Below are positions 40,856 to 50,661 of a stretch of 64,000 nt of DNA, one piece after another. The translations under genes and the position numbers were made by a program. A model generated the notes under the pieces. The model searched no databases and was not told where the DNA came from. It was given only the letters and a program-made list of their open reading frames with translations. This DNA comes from Epithemia pelagica (Eukaryota; Protista; Bacillariophyta): contig OX337230.1 of assembly GCA_946965045.2 (NCBI GenBank), forward strand, positions 1,612,001 through 1,676,000, read 5' to 3'. How positions within the stretch are numbered: position 1 is the stretch's first letter; every line of letters begins with the position of its first letter.

Positions 40856-42812
40856 AAGGACACCTGTGCGGCGCTCAACTTCCTAAAGATGCACTTCCAT
40901 GCTTTGTACCTTGTTTCATCTCCCTAGTATCTTTTTATCGCCAAGTAAAAATATTACAGGCGTAACTAGAAAACGAGTTAAATTCCTTGACGATTAGGTC
41001 TGATGTCCTCACAGTCCTAGGGACCATAAACTGGTTTTGTGAATGACGAGACGACCGTTTTCTATTAGTTGTCGAGTGAGCAAAACAGTCACTACTTAAA
41101 GAAAGAACTTTTTATAACTGAAAAGGCTCGGCAATATGTGCATTCGAGAAGGGTTGGGAGTTGGGGCCAAGCAACTGATGGAGAAATGATACCATTACAA
41201 GTCCCGATGGAACATCGATACACGTATTTCGTTGCTGTGCACCAGCACATCTTATGCTCCAGCGAAACAACTTTGATTGACACCGAAGTTTCATTTCCTT
41301 CCGACCAAAGGTGTCAAGAATCAACCCAACAACTCGGATGAATCTGTAGAAAAATGATCAAGAGAGAAATGCGACTGAGCTTTCACGAACAACGAACAAC
41401 GAAATCAATTCATGTCGTCTATGCGGGTGGAATGATTGTCATCCGAGAATACGTCAGATCATGGAAGGCCACTTCGCAGCCTCCTGGCATTAGAGGTGTC
41501 AGATTGTTTGTATTCAAAAGTATGTCGTCCTTGACTCAAACCACAGTAACGAAGAACAGCTCCACATTGACGGAAGTTACTCACGCTGGCCGATAGATTA
41601 GGAATTAGGCTGGAAAGACCTTAGCTCTCCCGTTGGCATACAAGTACTGAGAATTTGTTGAGAGCACATGTGAGGATAACTGTTGGTCTTTCCACATCCT
41701 CATTCTGCCACCATGGTTAGTTTTCCGTCTCCTTGAAGTCCACCGCCGGCCCCTTGTCGATAAAGATCCCTCCACTGGCGATCAAGGATCAGATCACAAT
41801 CATTTGGCTTGTGTCATCTACACCATCGCACTTTAGCGAACTTGGAACTTGAAACCGTCTCGGGCCTCATTGCCATTGTGTGGATGTTGTGGCTGCGTCG
41901 TGGATGCGGGGGTCAGACAATATGACCAGGACCAAAAAAGTCTTAAATGCGCGCGTGCCGTCTGATCATCCCGCTCTGTAAAAGATCGTGATCTTTTGGG
42001 GGTAAGGTTATATCAAATCCCTCCAAGATGAAGATTCTCGCAAGCATATTGCTTCTAATGGTCTTCTTGCGGAATTGACACAAGGATTCTTTTCACAAAG
42101 GTTTGTGAAGATTTAGAAGATCCCAGCCAGCACGTCAAGAAACCCGCCCAGTCGACCTTCCAACCATGGATTGGAGGCTGAAAAGACGGATTATGGACCT
42201 TTTCAAGATGAAAGACCCTGGTTTTGCCGCGCAAAGAAATTTCATCGTCGTATAAGCTCTATTATCGAGTGTATGGCCCCCCCCCAGAGCAGCCAGACCC
42301 CTATGGTCATTGCTCATGGATGACCATAAGTTTTGGGAAGTACATGTTTAGAATGCGATTTTATCGACAAGTTCAACAGCAGGAATCGAAGGATGATGGA
42401 ACAAGTTGTAAATGACCCGTTGGATAACTGTCTCTTCATAATTAAGGTCATTACCTCCTCAGTTTTTGTACCCAATTGTTCCGCTCTCAGTTGCGGAAAA
42501 AGTGACGAGCCAAGGAATTTTTCCAGGTATGTTCCCATGTCTGTTTCCGATGTTAGGTACAGTGGAGATGTTGGCCACAATCTAACAGGTGATCTAGCTT
42601 TATTTTATCATTAGCTATTTCACCAACCAGTTTGTGTTGGAATTGGAGCATGTTCTTCGCAAAAATCATTACATTCATTTATTTGTTTGGTCATTCCTTT
42701 GGTGCATGTCTGGCGTGTGAGTGCCTGAGACAATCAACAACACAAGGTAGTGCGAAGACTGTCGGGTGTTGTTCTCCGGTGTTGTGCAATGCAATCAAAG
42801 TTTTAGCTTAAC

Positions 42813-44436
42813 CTATGCCCGCGATGGGTCGTTCAAGTTCAAAGTTTCAAGTAGATGATCCCATCCACTCTCAAGGTCTCTGAGGATGGAGATAAAATGG
42901 TGAACGCCGTTGCAGCCAGTTTCTACGGATGCATACAAGTTGGATGGAACAGTGCACATTGCATTTCGGGGCTCTTGCAAGCTTTCCACATCAGCTTCCA
43001 CACAAGGTCCAAACAGCAAAAGGATCGAAGGAAAACAGCTTGCACCACATGAACCCTTCTGACCTGCACTTGTGTACGCCGAAGAGGTCCATGGTATTGC
43101 TGACGCTACACTACAGGTCTCTTCTCCATCAGAAGACATGTCATCAATCGATTGCTCGGTGTATGTCCGCAATCTCGCTGATTCTGCATGGTCGTTATCA
43201 GTGGTGGGATTTCCGATTTCTTGTAGGTATGGAGCGTTCATGTGACTCAATAGAATTTCAAAAGGCGGCACATGGTCCATTGTAGCCGTCATAAGAGTAC
43301 GGGTGGTGAAGCTATGATATTTTCCATACACTGATGAATATGCTGCCAAGACCTAGAGAGGAGCAACCGCATAAAATGATGCTAAGTGTTAGGCAATCAC
43401 AATGCTGAAAACAAACACCTGGTGGACGTACCGCTGCTTTGGGGGTGGGAAAATCAGTAGGCACTTTTGCACTGTTGTCTAGAAATGAGATTTGATAGGC
43501 GATTTGTCTCTTTATCCACAGCAATCCGGAAGCGGCGGAACGTTCCGCAATGAAAGGTCGTCTGGGATGTCGATTTGAGTTAATTTCATATTGTAAAAGT
43601 TGAAGCAAAGTGGGACTTGCCAGAGGTGTGTCCTGCGATGACGAGTTCGCTTGTTGAGACTCTAGCATTTCATGGACCGTTGTCTCAATTTTACGCAGGT
43701 TTTGTAAAAGATCATTGTGAGCCATGGCAATACCGAGGCGATACGTTGTATACCCATTGTTGGGACACCCCCGTATACTTCTCCAATCTGCATAGATCCT
43801 CACTGCTGCACAGAAAAGCAAGGCATCCATACTTTCACTCGTAGAATAAGGAGGAACTTGTGACAAAACAGTTCCTGGTCCTCTGGACGATACAGTAGCG
43901 CAATCAAGCGTATGGATTACGTGTTTTACGGAAGTGCGTTGTGTTGATGTGTCAAGGAAATTTTCGCGATCAAAACCAGCTTGATTTGCTGTCGATGCGT
44001 ACAAAAAAACGTCCGCCACATCACGAAGATTCATTGCAGAGACTGTCTCTCGTGAGAGAAAACTCTCCTCTGCACCCAAGGAGATGGAACGCTTGGAACA
44101 GCTCTGTTGATCCTGAAGATGGTCATCGATTTCACGACTTTTCGTCAAAAAGACACTTGATGGAGGGCGTACATGGGGAATCCAGCAAAATGTGCTCGAT
44201 GACTGCCTCGTGGAACCTTGATCCCTGTGATTGATGGCAGAAATGCAGAAATGGTACCTGCAAAAGAGAACCTGGTATCCAGATACAAGAAAGGCTTCTA
44301 TGAATGATGCATTGAGAAAGAAACATTTCCAGATCTCCCGTATGATGGCACTCAAAATTTCCCAAGGATTGTACAGCTTCAGGTGGTCCGAGAGGGCTCG
44401 AACAAGCCACGTCATTGTGCCCAGTTCACAGGGCAT
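42813..44436 (-). CDS. Glycolipid-transfer-protein (GLTP)-domain protein; intron 43353-43431; 5' end uncertain
   Basis: SAASGLLWIKRQ and, across a 79-nt GT-AG intron, KAA|VLAAYSSVYGKYH, matching the GLTP LLWLxR and AYxxxLxxYH motifs. Confidence 0.6.
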
Positions 44437-44446
44437 GGTAGTATTA

Positions 44447-44620
44447 AGAACTCCCTATGTCTAGTCCCTTTTGAGGAGGGTCGCCCGGCGCGGAGGGTAG
44501 AATGACGAGGAGGGAACACGTCGAGGAGGGCGCATGCCCGTCGAGAAGTGTTCCCGACGAGGAATTCTCCCGACAAGTAGGGCGCCCGACGAGAAGGGAC
44601 GGCCAGGCATAGGGAGTTCA
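44447..44620. mobile_element. 174-bp cassette bounded by inverted repeats (MITE-like or recombinase-site-like), TA-flanked
   Basis: GAACTCCCTATG (44448-44459) and its perfect reverse complement CATAGGGAGTTC (44608-44619), extendable to 21 bp with 3 mismatches. TA at 44445-44446 and 44621-44622. GC-rich interior with repeated GAGGAGGG and CCCGAC motifs. Confidence 0.6.
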
Positions 44621-44633
44621 TAAACTTACTCCC

Positions 44634-44662
44634 TATCAGACTATGAAAGTAGTGAGTCTCAC
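44634..44662 (+). repeat. Left terminal inverted repeat of the YR element
   Basis: TATCAGACTATGAAAGTAGTGAGTCTCAC. Confidence 0.9.
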
Positions 44663-44884
44663 GCGGGTCCATTTAACAAACTAGACATTACCAGAAATGT
44701 CGCTGAGACAGCCTACGACAGGGGCACTAGTAGCAAGATTTCAAACCATCCGTTGTGACTATTACTTAGGCCCCCCGATCTCGTCGACGTTCCTTCCCTC
44801 TCGTTCTCGAAAATCAGGAAGGAAGGAAGACCATGAGATTGTGCTTTCGACGGCTCCATCCTACCTAAACCAGTGTTTTGAACC

Positions 44885-45265
44885 ATGAATGTTATAGACT
44901 TAGTAACTAGTAGTGAGGAGAATGACTCATCCAGCTCGTCGGATTCCTCCACCTCGATGATGTTCCTCTTCGAGGATGACAACATGTGGAACTGGAACCA
45001 CGAGTACGTTCCGAGGGTCCTCGAGTGCACTGGAGAGTCTGAGGAGCACAGTCTCTCCAGTGACCCTTGGATCCTCGAAAAGGGCTATCGATGGTAAGTT
45101 TTTTGTTTGATTGTTGCATTGTTGAGGCTGTTTGATGGCCGGGAAGATGATTTTTGGCCATGGTGGTCTTCCTTTTCCGTCGATTTCTTCCTGGTCGCAC
45201 TTAGCGTTTCCAGGCTCAACGGATTTGAATCCTTCTCTCACTTGTCACTTTTCCTCGGATTATGA
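44885..45265 (+). CDS. Possible spliced upstream ORF (89 aa, acidic/Ser-rich); exons 44885-45093 and 45205-45265
   Basis: Strong donor TG|GTAAGT at 45094 and acceptor CTTAG at 45204. The spliced frame stops at TGA 45263-45265, overlapping the recombinase ATG at 45262 (ATGA). Confidence 0.35.
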
Positions 45266-48148
45266 AATTGAAAAGCACCACTGTGAGGAAGACCATGATG
45301 AAGACTCGACAGACGACCCGCCGAGCCGCAGCGGCGGCAACCACTACCACATCGGAGAAGGAGAACATCACACCTCCGCCGACGACGACGATTGCGGGCA
45401 ACAAACGGCCCTCGTGTGCAACGGAAGGTGTGGATGACCCTTCCACCTCCATTCCTCTCTCGATCAGCATTGCTCGACCAGAACAAGGGTAAGTCTGTTG
45501 ATTGTTGCTTGGTGGCTTCTTGATTGTTGCATCGATTTCGTTCTTTGCTAACTCGTTGATTGTTTTGTTGTTCACAGGGGACGCCGCCCTCCGTTGGAGC
45601 CACGACCTGGTGTTCATCCCAACCTTCCCGAAGCTGCCGCGGCTTCCACCAACACAACCGGAACCCAACAACCCAACTCGTTGGCCACCAGGTATGTTGA
45701 TTGTCGCGTTCATCATTGTTGGTTTGCTCGTTGTTTGTTGCGTGTCATGTTGCATTCGTTCTGCTCTAACCGGTTGATTGTTTTGTGTCAGGAACGAAGA
45801 GCCTACCACCGTTGTTGTGGATTCTCTTCCTGACATGGTGAGCTCTCCCATGCGTCAGGTCATGGAGCTCCGACTGTCCTCCCACCTGATTCCTCCATCG
45901 TTGGACGTCATCGCCGCTGCTTTTTCGTCGCGGACCGATCTGGTCGTCGACGAGGCGACCAACAAGATCATGATGGTGCACCAGACCTCCAATACCGTGC
46001 CCAGTCTCCACGACCGCCCGAACGACCTTGCCGCTCTTTCGCGCTATGCCTTGTTGTCCAAGGATGCGCTCGGCCCGAACACTGGGACTCTTCGCAACTC
46101 GTCGCTGAACACCAAGAGCTACGAACGGGAAAAGAAGCAGAACTTCAAACGCTTCCTTCAGACTCTTCAGCAACACCACGAACTGGACATCCTGGTCCAC
46201 CTCTTGCCCGATCCGACGAACCCCAAGAAGTTTACTCTTCGTTTCTTCCTCTTGCTCCGAGGAACGAAGATTCCCGAGAAGGAAAATACCCTGAACCTGG
46301 CAATGTCGCTTTTTGTGAGTACTTTGAAAACGAAAAAAGGCAAGGTGTACCAACCTGCTGTGATCAAGAAGTTTGTTGATCAATGCTTTGCCGTCTTTCG
46401 AAGCAACGGTATTGAGTACTCTGTACCTGATTTGCGTTCGACGAAAGGATCTTTTTTGGCACAGTGCGCGGACATCTTTCGGGTGGAAGCCGAAAAAGAT
46501 CCAGACTATGGACGTCGTCCGAACAAGGCGATGGTTTGTATGAACGACGAAGAACTTTTCCGAACGCAAGCCGATCCTCCGATTGACTGGATCAACATCC
46601 CCGAAGACTGTCTACGTTGTGTGGTCTACAAGGTTTCTCGCCTGACTGGAACGCGTGGTGGGGAGGTCAGTCGCTACTTGTTGTCGTTGATTGTTATTGA
46701 AACGTCTCTCACTCATTCGTGTTTTATTTGTAGACCTACTTATTGAAAGCGGACGAAGTGATTCACATTCCGGCCCTGCCGGATTCCTACGGTGAAGAAT
46801 TGGCTGGGTTGCCGGCATTCCAACTGAAGGAATGCGACCGAGAGAAGACGTCGGGTCTGACTTTGGCGAAGCCGACTCTTCGTGATGACGAAGATCTCGT
46901 AGTAAATCTTATTGTAGACGATCCGAACGACGAGTGGAGTACCTACAAACTCCTGAAGCACTGGATTGATCGCGGATTGCCGAGAGGATGGAAAGGCCCG
47001 CTCTTTCTCAATATTGCTTCGCAGAAAGAGCGCGAGTCTCGTCCTCGCGGGGACGACTGGTGGGCTGGTACAAAGATGGTTCCGGACACAAGCAAGGCTG
47101 CCAAAGAAGAATACGAGAAAGCCCGAAAGTTAGGTCACAACGTCACTCCCCCCATGCGTCCGTCTGGTCAGTTGGGCAAGAACTGGGCCAATCAAAACGC
47201 GAAGATCTTGTTCCGGAGGTGCGGCCACGAACAGTGGCAGAAGGCCACTTCCCGCACTGGTCGTCGTACTGGTATCTCAAACGTGGCAGAATCCGGAGTT
47301 CCTCAATTTTTGGTGAACAAGTTCGGACGGCACAAAACGGATCGTGCCAGCTTCAAGTACCAGGAGTTTACGTCGTCGACGTTCTCCAAGGCCGTCAAGG
47401 CCAACTGGTACAAAGGGTCTTCCACCTTGCCCACATCTCCAACTGGTAAGTACTTTTGTTTGATTGTTGCTTGTTGCGATTTGTGTCTAACTCGTTCTTC
47501 TTTGTTTCTTCAGTTGCCAAGAAACAGAATTCTGTCGATGCAACAGAATCTGCCGTTGCAACCCCCGCCACCAACGCCATCGAGCCACACAAATCAACGC
47601 CGCCACCGAATTGTGATACATTGAATGCAACTGGTTTGGAGGCCGATTCGAAACCGACTGCTAAAGCGATTCCGCCTCTGCTGGAAAATTCACCGTTCTC
47701 TTCATCGGCTTTGCCATCTTCGTCTGTGTCTCCCAAACCGAAGGTACAGCCACAGGCTGTCAATGGCGCTCCTTCGTATGGTTTTGTTACGCAACAACCC
47801 GGTCAGGTGATTTTACAACAACCTCAGCCAATGATGATGCAGCCTCAGCAGCCGTACATGATGCAACAACAATTTTGCCAACCCCCCTTTCCGATGCAAC
47901 AGCAACCCATGATGGCCCAATCCATTTTCCCTTATGGCATGAATGGTATGATGCCCATGAATACCATGCCCATGAACACCATGCCCATGAACAGCACGCC
48001 CATGAATAACATGCCCATGAATGGCTTGGTTGCCCCTATGACCATGACGATGCAACCCAACATGGCTCATCAACAGCCTTTCCAGTTCATGGGCCAATCT
48101 CCCATGGATGCTTCTTCATCCAACCATGAAAAGAAGAAGAAGGATTGA
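45262..48148 (+). CDS. Tyrosine recombinase, 853 aa; exons 45262-45488, 45578-45691, 45792-46665, 46734-47445, 47514-48148
   Basis: Four GT-AG introns (89, 100, 68, 68 nt) join five ORF pieces in frame (2562 nt). Box I LTGTRGGE, box II TSRTGRRTG, then GVPQFLVNKFGRHK...ASFKYQ (R...RxxR...H...Y). C-terminal Q/M/P-rich tail. Confidence 0.8.
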
Positions 48149-48547
48149 TCAATGAAAGAAACCTGAGTAGTGGTTTGATTGGTGAGTCTCATCCTGTTTT
48201 TGTTTGTTTGTGTTACGTTTTCCTCAACTTTGTGCTTCTGTTCCACAGGCAGTCTTCCATTCGTCCACGGTAGTCACTACTACTGTAAGTAGCTGCTACA
48301 CACTCTTCTCTGATTGATTGTTGCATTTCCCATTCTCACACAATCTTTCTTCTTCTTCATTTTCCTTTGCCTCTGCTTTGGTCGTTCTGTTTCCTTTCTC
48401 GTTCCGTTGGTTTCGTCGTGTCGGTTTTTCATGGTGCCCTTTTCTTCCTTGGTTGGCTCGCCCCGCTCGTTTTCGCGCGATTCGCACGAATTTTTGGTAA
48501 TTACTACTTCCCGCTCCTACAATAATATCGTACTCTAGTATAAAAAT

Positions 48548-48576
48548 GTGAGACGAACTACTTTCATAGTCTGATA
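48548..48576 (-). repeat. Right terminal inverted repeat of the YR element
   Basis: GTGAGACGAACTACTTTCATAGTCTGATA. The reverse complement differs from the left repeat at 2 of 29 positions. Confidence 0.9.
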
Positions 48577-49196
48577 TGGGGTTAGTGGTCAAATTCCCTC
48601 CATCGAGGCAGGGGTGCTGCTGGCTTTGGCTGTGAGGGTACATTTTGCCTGGGGAATCATCTAATTCGTCCATCGACCAGGTGCTGCTGATTCAGAGGCA
48701 TCCAACTGGACGTTGCCGTGGGGACTCCTGATGGTTGTAGGATCCGTGTTCGAGACCTATGCTCTTTCTCTCCTCCACTCAGCAAAAAGTGAGCATAATG
48801 TGGAGATGGTTTCATCACTTTCCCAACATGAAATCAAAAGACATAAATGAAGATGATTCCCGCTCGTGAAGGTTTCTTCCGCGACTGGTAGCAGATTAAC
48901 GTACGAGAGCGAACGCGACATAGGGCGACATATCTACTTATCGCAAGTTATGACCATAGAGAATACACTACTCATCGCTCTTAGGAGGTTCCACGAGGTC
49001 CACAGCATAGAGCTCATTGGAGAAAATTTAGCCTACTCTTTGACGGACGATAGGGAGACGAGGTTTTACGTGGAAGTCGTCAGTCGCTCATAAGACATAC
49101 GATCGCGCTTCACAAAATCGCGCCATCATAACAAGAGCCAGCCAGCCTCCCTCCACTTGACTCGATTTCGTTCTGTTGTACCGATCAAGCTTGACC

Positions 49197-50176
49197 ATGA
49201 CATCCTCCAGTTCAAACCAGTCCAAGTTTCAAGCGCATACATCACCCTCCCCCACATGTGTACGATCGTTTCCCACGAGTGACCAGCCAGAAATTAAAGA
49301 GCACAGTAGCATGGTCAGCCCAGTCCATTCCCCCAAAGATACCAAGCAAACCAACCACCTCGAAGTCTCTCCATCATCCCAAAATAAAGACCAGGAACTC
49401 CGCTCGCTGTGCGTAGAAAAGTGTCGTGACATTATTTTGGATCTGATGCATCCCATGAATCGTTTGTGTCAGGCTGTCAGAACGGCTAACCATGCGTCAG
49501 TCCCGTCGGAGGATGCGTTGGACGCCATGGCCCAACTGTTTTCTGGATTGTTGCTCTTAGCCAAGACGATGGGGGTGAATTTGCGGGATGCCATTCACCA
49601 CAAAATGGATCTGAACAAGCAAAAGTATCCAGTGAAGCTCTGCAAGGTTTGTCGAATTTCGGATCGATACGTCAAAGTCCTTTGTCAAAAGTCAAGCTCT
49701 CACCGTTTTCTTCTCCACAGGGTCGAGCGGGAAAGTATACTGATTACAGTTCGTCTACAGGTATAACTCGGTTGCAGGGACAATCACTATTGTCAACGTT
49801 TGACCAACATGCCAGGGACAACCATACTGAAGACTCGACGACGCATGAACGTATTCAGGAATGGTGGCACGAGGCCATTGCAATGGTTGTAGAATTCCGT
49901 CAAGAGCGAGAGTAAAGTCAATTTCATACTCCTCGCAACATTGTTTTGGCCATGATGGGGGAACTGGGAGAACTAGCCGAAGTGTTGCAGTTTGAAGGCG
50001 ATGAGGTGGAACAGATCAAGTTGAAAAGTTTTGACAATTTGCGGAAGGAAATGGCTGATGTTGCCATTTATGCGTTGAGCCTGACTTCGGTCCTGTCGTC
50101 CTTGTCATTGAAACAAGAGGTCCCGACAGGAGGTGATCCGGCAGACTTTCAATCCCAACTGCTTGATCGAATTTAA
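49197..50176 (+). pseudogene. DCTPP1: dCTP pyrophosphatase 1 (MazG-like, two-unit) with in-frame stop; intron 49647-49720
   Basis: GVNLRDAIHHKMDLNKQKYP...K|GRAGKYT, then EFRQERE*SQFHTPRNIVLAMMGELGELAE...EMADVAIY. TAA at 49913-49915 sits at the conserved Trp of ERxWxQFH. Confidence 0.75.
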
Positions 50177-50661
50177 CTTGCCAGCTCCTCCAATGAGATG
50201 GGGGTCGCTGTCAATATGACATGAAGAGACAGGATTTTTGTAAGATGAGTTTGTGGACTGCATTGATTCATACCGTCTCGAAGGATGAGCTTGTTGATGC
50301 AGTATTTGTAGTATAAATGGACGAGGATGCTACGACGCCATTGTAATTCTAGCCATATATCGTCCCTTTCCTACTCTCTCTTTGCAAGAGGGATGGGAGT
50401 TCCCTAGCTAGAGTAGTTGGAACATGTGGGTAGCTCGCGGACAGCCAGCAGTCGCGTTTCCGTAAAATTCGTGGACTGGCACGCTTTCAACCGGGTTTTG
50501 CTGTCACACAGAAAAGTCGAGCGTCGATTCGCCGTTGCTTGTTTCGCAATCACAAAACCATCTCTACTTTTGTTGTCGTGTCCAATACGGATACTATCTT
50601 CTTGGAGAAGGAGAGAGATTGACCGTTGGCCTATCTAGAAGTAGGAAAACGAAAAGCGAGT

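Larger units (their letters stand above)
44634..48576 (+). mobile_element. Tyrosine-recombinase (Crypton-like) DNA element with 29-bp terminal inverted repeats
   Basis: Inverted repeats at both ends (27/29 identical) enclose a single intron-containing tyrosine recombinase gene. The outermost 2 bp at both ends are TA. Confidence 0.8.

Noticed and set aside
45766-46569. 267-aa antisense ORF inside the recombinase gene (also 50594-51532 and similar antisense or shifted-frame ORFs throughout)
   Set aside because: These are shadows of long coding regions on the opposite strand or frame, with no independent motifs.
44634-48576. Classifying the TA-flanked TIR element as Tc1/mariner, or as DIRS
   Set aside because: No DDE/DDD triad, reverse transcriptase or RNase H motifs were found. 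The only conserved motifs are tyrosine-recombinase boxes.
48296-48673. 125-aa minus-strand ORF
   Set aside because: It crosses the right TIR and element boundary, is low complexity, and has no domain. Probably spurious.
48720-48770. GTTCGA (T-loop-like) motif suggesting a tRNA
   Set aside because: No cloverleaf stems or A-box could be built around it. No tRNA or rRNA was recognised anywhere in the window.
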